DNA of 64,000 bases from Mobula hypostoma (lineage: Eukaryota): contig NC_086109.1 in NCBI RefSeq assembly GCF_963921235.1, positions 28,150,001-28,214,000 on the forward strand, written 5' to 3'. The translations under genes and the position numbers were made by a program. The stretch's first letter is position 1. Every line of letters starts with the position of its first letter. A model generated the notes under the pieces. The model saw nothing but the letters and a program-made list of their open reading frames with translations. It was not told where the DNA came from and did no database searches. Positions 51,466 through 63,353 of the stretch are shown piece by piece.

Positions 51466-52340
51466 TAGATTAGATTAGATTAGATTCAACCTTATTGTCA
51501 TTGTGCCTAGGACAGATACAAAGCAAATGAAATGCAGTTAGTATCTGACCAGAAATGCAAAGAATAGTGTTATTTACAAAATAGCTGCGAATAAAAAGTA
51601 AGTGCTACAGCACACAAATATAAAAGTACTGAGACAGTACAATATGGATGCAATACTGCTTAGCGCTGTGATGTGAGGTTCAGCAGGGTCACAGACTCAG
51701 GGAAGAAGCTCTTCCTGTGCCTGCTGGTGGGGAGCGGAGGCTCCTGTAGCACCTACCGGATGGGAGGAGAGTAAAAAGTCCATGGTTAGGGTGAGATGCA
51801 TCCTTGATAATGCTTTCTGCCCTGCCCAGGCAGCGTTTATGGTAGATGTTCTCAATGGTGGGCAATTGGGTGCCAGTAATCCGCTGGGCAGTTTTCACCA
51901 CACGCTGAAGTGCTTTGTGGTCTGATACGGGACAATTGCCATGCCACACTGAGGTGTAGTTGGTGAGTATACTCTCAATGGTACAGCGGTAAAAGTCCGT
52001 CAGTATTCTGGGACAGAGGTGAGCTTTCTTGATGCTCCACAGGAAATAAAGGTACTGTTACGCATTTTTGATCAGGATGGCGGAGTTCAGAGACCAGGTG
52101 AGATCCTCGGAAATGTGGACACCAAGGAATTTCAAGCTTGATACATACTCCACTACAGCTCCATTGAATGTAGCTTCTAGCATGCCTGAAGTCCACAATG
52201 ATCTCCTTGGTCTTCTGGGTGTTAAGGGCCAGGTTGTTGTTGGCACACCACGTGGCCAGGTGCTGGACCTCATCCCTGTAGGCCGTCTTGTAAAGCCCTC
52301 TGATCAGGCAAACCACCGTGGTGTCGTCTGCGAACTTGAT
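51466..52340 (-). mobile_element. Rex1/Babar 3' fragment with (TCTAA)n tail
   Basis: IKFADDTTVV.LI...LALNTQKTKEIIVDFR...KALQRVVKTAQRITG. Same subfamily as 11046-11766. Confidence 0.92.
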
Positions 52341-52671
52341 TATGGAACTCCCTTAAGGACAAGTTTTCCTTCAGGACAAACTCTTTATTACCAGCTGACA
52401 ACAAGAGGGGAGTCACTTGTCCTGAAATAAATGCTCCCCAATCCAAGGTTTTCATTATCCTTATACTACTCCTTATCTACTTCCTCTCCCACTATATCCA
52501 GTTCACCCCGACTGTATGTACATAGGCTGAGGTCAGCCTTTTGCAATGTCAAATTTTCGTACCTACTCTATATACTATGTAAGCGGTGTGCAGTTCTGCT
52601 TTTACCTTCTATGTGAAATGGAAGGCTTCTGTCCTGGAGTTAGGCTAGTAGCCAGGCTGGATTTCACTAAA

Positions 52672-52922
52672 GATAAAAGATTAGATTTATTTGTCACATG
52701 GATATCAAAACATACAATGAATAATATCTTTGGCATTAATCAAATCAGTGAGTATTGTGCTGAGCTGCACATAGTTTTATGACCCTAACCATGGGAAGAA
52801 ACCCAAACACCCAGTGGAAATCCATGCGGTCATGGGGAGAATGTATAAACTTACAGACAGTGTCAGGAATCGAACCCCAATCTTACAGCTAGCGTTGTAA
52901 ACTGTGGATCTAACTGCTACAT
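52672..52922 (-). mobile_element. tRNA-derived SINE with a Rex-type tail
   Basis: The minus strand has a B box ggGTTCGATTCCtg, a central ttctccccatgaccgcatggatttcc segment, and the tail catgtgacaaataaatctaatc. Confidence 0.65.
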
Positions 52923-53259
52923 TATAGTTCACCTTAGCCTACAGTTCGTGCCTCAGGCCAGTAGAGCATTTTACAGGCTTTCACTGCCTAGTACGAACCC
53001 TGCAGGGCCTCGCTTATCCCTCTACTGCATGTTCATTCGCTGCCTCTCACTCTGCTGTGCTATAGAGCCAAGGACTCACTATTCCCTACTATGAGTTTAC
53101 TATTCCCTGCTATATGCAGCTGGGATATCAGGATGGTCAATGAGGACAGAGTGTAGATGTTCTGCATGTCAATTGCCCAATCGTTGCTTAGTTTAGCTGA
53201 TTGTAGAGAATGCTACATCGGGACACTAAATGACATTGTTGATTTGAAAAGCACATTTG

Positions 53260-53497
53260 CTCTCCCCTTCTCCTACCTCTCTGCATCTGCCTCCTTTATC
53301 TCTGGCTTCATTCATCTTCTATTCACTAATTACCTTTGGCCCCCATCTCATCTCTCTTCCTCTACATTTTCACAGGCTATCTCGTCTCTCTATTCTTAGT
53401 CCCAATGCAGGGACTTGACCCGAATGTCAACAGTTTCTCTTCCCCCTCAACAGATGCGGCTCAGATCATTGAATTCCTCTGCGGATTGTTTGTTGCT
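53260..53497 (+). mobile_element. Decayed PLE pLTR
   Basis: A pyrimidine-rich UTR followed by agtcccaatgcagggacttgacccgaatgtcaac...cagatgcggct. Confidence 0.6.
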
Positions 53498-53965
53498 ACT
53501 GCAAAGATATTTCAATTGTCACCTGCTAGCAATGCTTCCAAATATTTAGTTCACAAGATGGAAATTAATTTAACTGTCAAATAGTCACTGATAGAAGCTG
53601 CATCATTTCCAGGGATCACAGCTTGGTATCTTTACAACATATCTGGTAATTGAATGGAATAAAGTTCCATTCTTTAATCTTTCTCCAAACAAGTAGAATA
53701 AATTGTTTCTCGGAATTACCCTACAGCAACAATCTAATGGAGCTGCATTTGTGATGAAGGTCACTGGAACATTTTTCTTGTTAAAATTACTTTTCTTTTT
53801 AGAAGCATTTATATAAATCGGAGATGAAATGAAACCATATGTGCCTTTATGTAAGAATGCAGATGTGTTCACTCTTTTACTAACTTTGCAATTACATTGC
53901 AGCACTAATGTCAAAGCAGATGCTGTCAAAATAAATTCTATGCAAGCTGATTTAAATTCAGGTAT

Positions 53966-54785
53966 ATTGACACAGTGGCGTAGCTGGTACTTGTGCAACC
54001 TCACGCAGAAGAGATCTGAGGTTAATCCTGACCTCATGTTCTATCCATATGGAGATTGCATGCTTACTCTGTGGCCTTCATCTGCAGGCTCTGGTTTCCT
54101 CATAAATTCCAAGGACATGGGTTGGGAGCATAATTGACCACTGAAATTGCTCCTGGTGTGTAGGTGCATGGTAGGATCTCGAGGGAGCGAACAGAATGTG
54201 AGGGGAATAAAGAAAGTGATCATCACATGATTAATAACGTGGACAGGAGGAAATCTGCAGATGCTGGAATTTCAAGCAACACACATCAAAGTTGCTGGTG
54301 AACGCAGCAGGCCAGGCAGCACCTCTAGGAAGAGGTACAGTTGACGTTTCGGGCCGAGACCCTTTGTCAGGACTAACTGAAAGAAGAGCTAGTAAGAGAT
54401 CTGAAAGTGGGAGGGGGAGAGGGAGATCCAAGGTAATAGAAGAAGACAGGAGGGGGAGGGATGGAGCCAAGAGCTGGACAGGTGATTGGCAAAAGGGATA
54501 TGAGAGGATCATGGGACAGGAGGCCTAGGGAGAAAGAAAAGGGGGAGGGGGGAAGCCCAGAGGATGGGCAAGGAATATAGTCAGAGGGACAGAGGGAGAA
54601 AAAAGAGAGAGAGAAGAAAAGAATGTGTGTATATAAATAAATAACGGATGGGGTACAAGGGGGAAGTGGGGCATTAGTGGAAGTTTGAGAAGTCAATGTT
54701 CATGCCACATGATTAATGTTGTTGATGGTCAGTGCAGACTCAAAGGGGCCAAAGGGTCTGTTTTATGCTTCACCTTTGTATGACC
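53966..54785 (+). mobile_element. HE1/V-SINE-like SINE interrupted by a PLE
   Basis: Decayed tRNA-like head (cacagtggcgtagctggt), central ctctggtttcctc...ccaaggac...aaattgc domain, and a CR1-like tail gatggtcagtgcagactc...gggccaaagggtctgttt. Confidence 0.65.
54236..54705 (-). mobile_element. PLE 3' end with a 12-bp TSD
   Basis: TSD cacatgattaat at 54224-54235 and 54706-54717. Very similar to 29965-30388 plus the tail. The hammerhead at 54339-54374 has CTGACAA. Confidence 0.93.
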
Positions 54786-54799
54786 CAGTTACTATATAC

Positions 54800-55445
54800 T
54801 TCCTAAGGAGTTTGTGGAGGTTTAGCATGACATCTAAAACGTTGGCAAACTTCTATAGACATGAAGTAGAGACTTGCTGAAGCACAGCCTGGTATGGAAA
54901 CACCAATGCTCTTGAATGGAAAATCCTACAAAAAAGTAGTGGATTCAGCCCAGTAGATCACGAGTAAAGCCCTCTTAATCAATGAGCACATCTACATGAA
55001 ACACTGTTGTAGGAAAGCAGCATCCATCATGAGGGATCCCCACCAACCAGGTCATGCTGTCTTCCCAGTGGTACCATTAGGTAAAAGGCACAGATGCCTC
55101 AGGACTCACAATACCAGGTTCAGGAACAGTTACTACCCCTCAACCATCAGGCTCTTGAACAAAAGAGGGTAACTATACTCAATTTCACTTGCCCCATCAT
55201 TGAAATGTTCCCATAACCAATGAACACATTTTCAAGGACTCTTCATCTCATACTCTCATAATTTGTTGATATTTATTTATATTTTTATTTGCATAGTTTG
55301 TTGTCTTCTGCACACTGGTTGATCTTTCGTTGATCCTGTTATAGTTACTATTCCATGGATTTGTTGAGTATGCCCACAAGAAAATGTATCTTAGGGTTGC
55401 ACATGGTGACATAAATGTAATTTGATAATCAATGTTACACTGAAC
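54800..55445 (+). mobile_element. Rex1/Babar 3' fragment
   Basis: Decayed LRSL.RF.MTSKTLANFYR codons, then caccaggttcaggaacagttactacccctcaaccatcaggctcttgaac-like sequence and a UTR. Confidence 0.8.
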
Positions 55446-56746
55446 ATTAATGTTTACATATTAGCATTGGACCTTGATTTTTAGGATTTTTTTAATTGTC
55501 TTCATTAGCGTGACACACTGATAGACCTGCTGCTCCAGCGACCATACCCTTGAACCTAATGTTCAATGCTCTCCATTGGATTTCACCTGTGTCCATTAAT
55601 TTCTTTTTAAATCTTAACAATGTGTAAGTTGTTGGGTTACTGGTCCACTGTAAATTGTCTGGAGCTTGGTTCTACATGGTAGAATCAGAATCAGTTTATT
55701 ATCACTGACATACGTTGTGAAGTTTGTTGTTCTGTAGCAGCAGAACAGTTCAAGATATGAAAAAAATACTAAGGGGAAAATGGGGAATTGAGAAGTAGCA
55801 TTCATAAGTTCCCGGAATGAATGAATGGTTAATTAAGAGGATGTGGTCAGTGAATGAGAAATATGAGAAGGGTGGGGCAAATTTAGAAGGGTAGGTTTAG
55901 GGGATGGGGCATAAGAAATAAAAATGGGAAGAGTATAAATGGATGTTTAATAGTTGGTGTATACTTGATGGGCCAATGGGCCTGTTTTTGTGTTGCAATG
56001 AATTCTCGTAAAATATATGCTCACCTAATATGCCCTTTAATCTGTTGTGGTAGCTCACATGAATGTGAAAGATCACATTGTATGAATCAAAAGATCCCTT
56101 GGTGTCATTCTTTCCACTTCTACACCCACTAATGTTGAAATCATCACTAATATTTCTTTTCATTGCTTGTTGGACTCTATTGTTTGCAATTGCTCTCTGC
56201 TCCACTTGCTCAATCATAAATAATTTAAATAATATACCTACAAATTAAGAATGATTTAAGCAGGTTACCCTGGCATGCTTTTGTTTATTGTCACACAAAT
56301 ATTCATAAATATATGGGAATATGCCTTGCAGAAGAATTTAATTGTCAGCCAGGCAAACTCAGACTTTATTCATCATGTATTTTATTATTGCAGGTTAACA
56401 GCTGCGAATTTATCAGTAAGGGGGAAGGTTTCAATGGGAGATGTCAACAAGCAATTGTTTGAAGGTTATAGAAAAAGATCATTTGAAGCTGCTATCAGTG
56501 TTTACTATTTTTAAAAATAAGTGCACTTCATAGATAATAAGTGCCCTGAGAAATTAACAGACTTTCTTTTTCATTTTACATGTGGTTTGCTGTTGTCATT
56601 GAGTTTAATTTGTGGATAATTGGTGCTTTCAAACACTTCAGCTTTATACACTATGGTAAAAATATCTTCTGATGTTGAATCACTGAAGGAACATTCCTTC
56701 AGTGGAACATCACTGAAGTAACATCAATTATAACAAGCAGGAAAAT

Positions 56747-57610
56747 GCACTCAGTAGTCACTTTATTAGGTGCAAGAGAAGACCTGGTGTGGTCTTCTGC
56801 TGCTGTAGCCCATCATTGGTTCTGTACACCAATGTTGTAACACATGGTTATTTAAGTTACTGTTGCCTTCCTGTCAGCTTGAACAAGTCTGGGCATTGTC
56901 CTCTGATCTCTCTCATTATCAAAGCATTTTCACCCACAGAACTGCCACTCACTGGCTGTTTTTTTTTGTTTTTCAGTCTTCTCCATAGAGACTGTTGTGT
57001 GCAAAAATCCTAGGAGGTCAGCAGTTTTTGAGATACTCAAACCAGCCCATCTGGCACCAACAATCATTCCATGGTCAACGTCACTTTGATCACATTTCTT
57101 CCCAATTCCGAAATTTGGTCTGAACAATAACTGAACCTTTTGACTATGTCTGCATGTTTTTATGCATTCTTCTGTTGCCACCTGATTGGCTGATTAGATA
57201 TTTGTATTAACAAGCCTATGAACATGTGCACCTAATAAGTGATAGAGAGATAGATAGATAGATAGACAGACATACTTTATTGATCCCAAGGGAAATTGGG
57301 TTTCGTTACAGTTGCACCAACCAAGAATAGAGTATAAATATAGCAATATAAAACCATAAATAATTAAATAATAATATGTAAGTTATGCCAGATGGAATGA
57401 CTTCCTATGACGCTCAGTGTTGCATCTCGGTGGAATGAGTCTCTGGCTGAATGTACTCGTGCGCCCAACCAGTACATTATGTAGTGGATGGGAGACACTG
57501 TCCAAGATAGCATGCGACTTGGACAGCATCCTCTTTTCAGACAGCACCGTCAGAGAGTCCAGTTCCATCCCCGCAACATCACTGGCCTTACGAAGTGCAG
57601 CTAGAGATTA
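56747..57610 (-). mobile_element. Tc1/mariner-derived MITE, one TIR disrupted by Rex1
   Basis: Left end cactcagtagtcactttattaggtgca; right end tgcacctaataagtg. Remnant GKKCD.SD.DHGMIVGARWAGLSISKTADLLGF..TTVS is a Tc1 N-terminal HTH. Confidence 0.85.
57242..57592 (-). mobile_element. Rex1 3' fragment with (TATC)n tail
   Basis: MELDSLTVLSEKRMLSK...PPRCNTERHRKSF, the same family as 8619-9665. Flanked by aagtg at 57237-57241 and 57593-57597. Confidence 0.9.
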
Positions 57611-59139
57611 CAGGTATGAGCATAATTGTAAATCAAACTTGCTTTAGAAATTGCTTGTAATTAAGTCTAGTTGATTTTCACTATAAAGATTTATATAAAA
57701 CTTCTGATTGTTCAGTGGTCCTACCTTTTACTTCCATTGATATGAAGAAAAATACATGGAAATAAATGATTCATGTTATGACCATGAGATGAAGCTATTC
57801 GCAATGTAAACAGGTTATTGAAGCAAGTGATGTCAGCAGTGAGAAATAAAACCCGGCTTACTGTTTATTGCAGTTAAATGAAACCTAGATTTAAAAAAAA
57901 CATATTTGATTCGATGCAGACAAAAATTCTTGTTATCAATATAGCCTAAGTCCAGTTTCAAAAGGACCAGGGTGCATATTCAACTTCAAATAGATATCAC
58001 ATGCACTGAAGGCTCAGAGTGACCTAAATGCTTTCATTCAGGACAACCTAGTACAACAGAAAAGAGCTGGTGACATAACTGGAAAGGCAATTGTTCTATC
58101 TTCCATTTCAGATTACTGTGACATATAGCTATTCTGAATAGCACTTGATGTTGTAAATCAGTGTTGTTATTGCCGTGAGGTATGACATACCTTTATGTTG
58201 AAATACACGATGGCTGTAAAATCCATTTGACAAAAGTTCTCTGATCAAGCAGGGATATTTATTGAACAAAGTCTGAATTCCCATTGCACAACTTCTCTCA
58301 CCTTCACTTACCTGGGCTGATAATTATCACAACATTTGCTTCAGAAAAATAACCGAATAGAAGACTGGTCCTATTCAGGCCTTTTATTCTTTGCAATACA
58401 CCCTCGTGGTACCACATCTCAGCTACCCACTGATTGTAATCCCCAAACACTTGGGGGTACAACTTCCAATCATCAGAATGTTTAATCCCTGATTGCCACT
58501 GAGTTGTATCAGATCAATTGTGAGAATATGGCAAGTGTGCATGCGGGCAATCGAGCACGCGGTAAAACGATGCGGCCTCCTACACACAGGAGGCCCTCTC
58601 TTTCAGGTATGGGCTTTCCAATTGTGCATCTTTTCCATCTCAGTGAGCCTGATTCATTGCTCCCTGACTGTAAATTGCCCAGTCTGTACCATTACTAAAA
58701 TGACTCAGTAAAAATGTTTAATCATACTATTCCTTGTTCTTGCTCCGTGCATACATGACTGCAACAAAATTCAAAGACCATTGCCCCCCAGTTGTCTGAT
58801 CTGCTGGTGCCAAGTGGCCAGACTTTTCATAGGCTAACTGCCTAACAGAAGCCTCCATTGCTATTCCTGTTTCCTCAACCTGGTCTCCATCAGTTAATGT
58901 GAATTATCACTGTCCCTGAATCCATTGTCAGCTTCAATTCCATGAAATCCAACCCTGCCAACTCATCTTCAGCCCTAAACATCTACTGTCCAACATAAAC
59001 TCTTATTCATCCACCTTGATGTCAGTAGATGGACCACCGACTGCTAGCATCTCTGACCACCAAGCCAGCCCTTGAAACTACAAGGTACATCTCCTTTCAC
59101 ATGGTCCATACTATGCAAAAAAATATGTGTAATTCCAGT

Positions 59140-60200
59140 AAATCGTTCAATACTATAATTTCAAGTCAACATATTTATCTTCCAAATCCAAGACCTGGGA
59201 TTCAACATCTCCCTTTGCAACTGGATTCTTGTCTTCCTGACCTATACACCATGATCAGCTAGAAATAGCAGCAACATCTCTGCCTGAATTATCCTCAACA
59301 CTCATGCACTGCAAATGTGTTATCAGCCCCCTACTCTTCTCCCTTTACACACATGACTACATGACCTGATTGGGCTCTAACTCAATCAGTACACATAGGA
59401 GATAGAGACACTATCAGCATGCTATCATGTCAACAGCAAAGCAAAAGAGTTGGTCATTGATTACAGGACATGGAGGGTTGTACAGTACGCTCTCTTCTGT
59501 TTACGTCAACAGCACTCCGCTTGAGAAGGTTGACAGCTTTAAATTCCTAGGAGTGAACATCATCAACTACCTGTTCTGGTCCAATCACATGGACATCATG
59601 GCCAAGAAAGTACCTTATTCAACAGAAGGCTATAGAAATTTGGCTTCTTCTTTGATCCTCACCAGTTTTTACAGATGCACCACAGAAAGGATTCTGTCTG
59701 GATGTATCACTATGTGTACGACAATTGCTCTGCACAAAACTGAAGAAACCTGCAGGGAATTGTTGATATAACTCAGCTCATCATGGAAACCAACCTCCCC
59801 TCAATGGATTCTGTCTACACTTCTCAGTGCCTCAGTAAAGCACTAAAAATAATCAAAGACCTTGTCCACCACAGGCATTCTGTCTTCTTCCCTATGCCAG
59901 AAACCAGAAGATACAGACATGAAAACATGCACCGTGCTGAAGAACAGCTTCTAACCTGCAGTTATTATATTACTGAACAGTCCTCTAGTAAGACAAGATG
60001 ACCTCACAATCCACCATATTATGTCTTTGCACCTTATTGTCGCCTGCAGTCCACTTTCTCTGTTACTTTATTCAGCATTGTTTTGTTGGGTTCCCTTGTA
60101 CTACCTCAATGTGCAGATATGAAGAAATCATCTGTATGGATAATATGCATAGTGAAATCTTTCACTATACCTTGGAACCTGTAACAATAATAAACTAATT
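59140..60200 (+). mobile_element. Strongly decayed Rex1/Babar LINE
   Basis: [14 protein letters not shown]...WSNH...FYRCTTE.ILSGCIT and TNLPSMDSVYTS.CL.KA..IIKD. Ends acaataataaac. Confidence 0.8.
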
Positions 60201-61594
60201 TACTGAATCCTTATTAAAACAATCATTGAAACACTGTTATAAAGAGAGAGCTATGAATGGTGCAGGGTAAGATTTAGAATTAACTCAGACTTGAAAAAAA
60301 ACAAGATGACATAAATGATTTCCCAGAGAGAAATCACGAACAGTAGTACTAGAAATGGAACTCTTATGGTTGAGCACTGAGTGCTCAGCTCAAGGCCTTT
60401 AGGTATAGACTTTTCACAAAGGAATGTGGCAGGCAGTAATTGACAGTCTGAGTCTTAAAAGGACAGCAGCAGCTAACCATACTCCAGGGAATTGGAGCCT
60501 CGAAACCTGGCTGTCTTCCGTTGTTCAGTCAAGACCATGACAGCTGTACAATGACCACACACCTTACCTATAACACTAAACTATAATGTCATCAAAGCTC
60601 AAGTTAGCTTCCACCTGTGTGAGCCAATGCTGATCACTCACAAATCTGTGTCCCCTGCTTGATGCTGAAATTACCACAAATTCCTCCTTGGCTTTAGATA
60701 TGCAAGTCAACTAATTGCAGTCCAAGTCCATGCTTTCCGAGTTTGCTCCCAAGGATGTTATGTCTTCACCTATTAGAACATTTAAAAAATCTGAGTTCAC
60801 TGTTCTCTGCATGGGATATAAAAGTTAAAACTGAATTAAAGGTCATTAACCTTTGTTGATGCCAAAAGACCTCATTAGGTTTCCCTCTTCATGTCATCTG
60901 GTCATGATCAACTTCCAGCCTTGCAATCCATTTACAGGGTAAAATCATTCAAACATCCAGAAAACACAATGAAGAGTTTTGCTATTGAACATCTGATGTT
61001 AATGTGAGAAGCTTAAGTGCCTCAAATTTTATTATTTAAGTTCACATTTCCATTCATACAATATCTGATCAGAAAGTAAAAGCATTCAACAAAGGAAGTA
61101 ATGTGGGAGGGCAACTTCTCACGCTCAATTGTTGGCCACTATCTTCAGAGAAGCTATATGTTTGGGATCGGAATTAGTCTACTCTTGTCACATGCACTGA
61201 GATACAGTGAAACCCTTGTCATGCACACTGTTCATGCAGATTAAATCATTACACAGTCCATTGGGGTGGAACAAGGTAAAACAGTAACAGAACGCAGAAT
61301 AAAGTGTAATAGCTGCCAAGAAAATTCAATGCAGGTAAACCGTGTTGTGACTGTGACTAATTCACTGGAGAAGTTGTGGATATGAAAGTCAATATTGACC
61401 ACAACAATAGACATTCTCTTGGAGATCCTCGCGGTAGAGTCTCACAAATGAGAATACATCACATTCTTATATCCTTAAGGCAAAGGTAATAGTAGGTGAC
61501 TCAATACAATTTAATAATTACAATGACATTGCTTACTTTAATGCTTTGGGTTGACAAATGGTTCCTTTGAGGTACATAGTTACAATGAAGTCGG

Positions 61595-62380
61595 AGGCAT
61601 CCTAGCTGTCTAGAAATGGTCAGGGTCGACTATGAATGTTGCATCCTAGCTGTCTAGAGACGCAAGCCTGGGCAGTACAATATGGAGAGCAAACTGCGCC
61701 CATGTAGCAAGCTCCCTCTCTCCAACCACCTGATGAACCCAAAGGAACAGCAGAGAATGATATAGTTTGGCAACAGCAGTGTTGCAGGAGTTGCAAGTCA
61801 ACATTGAACTCAGTGTAGGCCTGCTTTTGGGACTCCAGCTCTGGAGTTTCCCTTCGAGTGTCATGGTTTCGTTTGGCTGTTCCCCTTTAACGCTCCTTTC
61901 TCCCTGATTATGCCCTAATTTCAGTCATTAGATTTCCAATTGCTGCTAGTTTACTTAATTACAGTACACCTGGTTTTCATCAGAAACTGTGAAATGTACG
62001 ATGGTGTCACTATCACAGGTTGCCAGTTTGTTGGTCTATTCTTGTGTGATACTTTGTTCTCTTGTCTAATTAGAACCGTTAGTTCTAAGTTTAGTTCCAA
62101 GTTCAGCTCTAGTTACAAGATAGTCCTTGTAAATCCTGTGTCCTTGTCAAGATTCTTCCGGTTTGCTGTTCTACGTTCACGTCTATGCCAGCATGCCCAA
62201 CTCAGCCGATGTGCCGGTGTCCTGCACTTGGGTTCTCCTCAGTCACCCTGTGCAACATTAGGTTTCCTCCTGAAGCCTTCGCTATGAGTGGGTATAGTGC
62301 AAGACAACAGAGGTTTGAGATCAGAGTTTTCCTTCTCCAAGATGAGCTATCAACCACAGCTGAGAGCCCCACCTGCCCAA
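61595..62380 (+). mobile_element. RTE-like 5' UTR remnant interrupted by a solo LTR
   Basis: gggactccagctctggagtttccc|LTR|ggtttcctcctgaagccttcgctatgagtgggtat reads as one continuous element. Family is from recall only. Confidence 0.45.
61859..62257 (+). mobile_element. Probable solo LTR (~400 bp)
   Basis: TGTCATG...GCAACA termini, and a ...tcctgcacttgggttc... U5-like end. The TSD is not clean. Confidence 0.6.
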
Positions 62381-62781
62381 AATATTTCCTTCCCCTATTT
62401 AAATTGGAAGCACATTGTAATTGAAAAGACACCTTTGAAGGTTCAAATGCCTTTGCTGGGAGAAACTCATTAATGCAGATATTCTAAAAAATTCTGGTGA
62501 CAGAGAGCCACATGCCCAACTATTGATAGAGCTAAGTGATAGTATAAGCCTGGTTTGCAAGCTTGCTTGAACTTGTTTACAATGGAGCAAATTACTTCAA
62601 CCCATAGTTGCCTGCCTGGATTGATGCAGCTCAATTAATACAACCCTATTGTTTTAACATTTGGCTGCTGCTTAAGCAAACATCTCATGCTCACCATTTG
62701 AGAAGCGGGAGAAATTGCCTCTAAACTCACGAGAGAGCATAGGCCAACAACTTTTTGCTGTTAATGTTTCTGTAGCAGGCA

Positions 62782-62923
62782 ATTTTTTTTTACGAGGTTG
62801 AGTTGCTAGCTTGATGCTCAACCCAGCACGGATGGAAAGCATGCCAAGGGAGCCGGCTGGGTTTGAACTCGGAAGCCTTCACTCTGAAGTCCAGCGCTGA
62901 TGCCACTATGCCACTAGCTGGCC
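62782..62923 (-). mobile_element. Short tRNA-derived SINE
   Basis: The minus strand has A box TGGCATAGTGG, B box gaGTTCAAACCc and an A-rich end. Confidence 0.75.
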
Positions 62924-63353
62924 AATGGTCACCATTTGGCATACCATACATCTTAGTCTGTGCATGCATCTCATTTCAGTTTCCTGCTTGCCATTTAGGA
63001 TTTACTTTCAGAACTGAAGACTAGTTCTTGCTTGGATTAATATCTGCTATATTCACATAACTCTGGAATACTTGCTAATGAGGTAGATTGAGAGGTCAAA
63101 AGTCCACCTTGTCATTTTAGGGAACCATTCAATAGTCTTAAGGAAGCATTATAATGTGCAGAGATCAGTACATCAATGAACTAGACCCCCTAATTTGTAT
63201 GGTACAAGTAATCAAGTTGGGTACAGCCTACAATACGACAATTAAATTTCTCAATATTGGAGCAAGACCTATTCTCAAGAAAGTTGCTTTGCCACGTGTA
63301 TCTTTGACAGTGTCCACATTTTCCTGATGATATATTATCTTAATAATATATGG

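Noticed and set aside
53603..54037. 144-aa minus-strand ORF
   Set aside because: It begins inside a SINE head and has no recognisable domain.
61730..61750. CTGATGA followed by acccaaaggaac as another hammerhead
   Set aside because: There is no GAAA after a stem II and no matching stem I.
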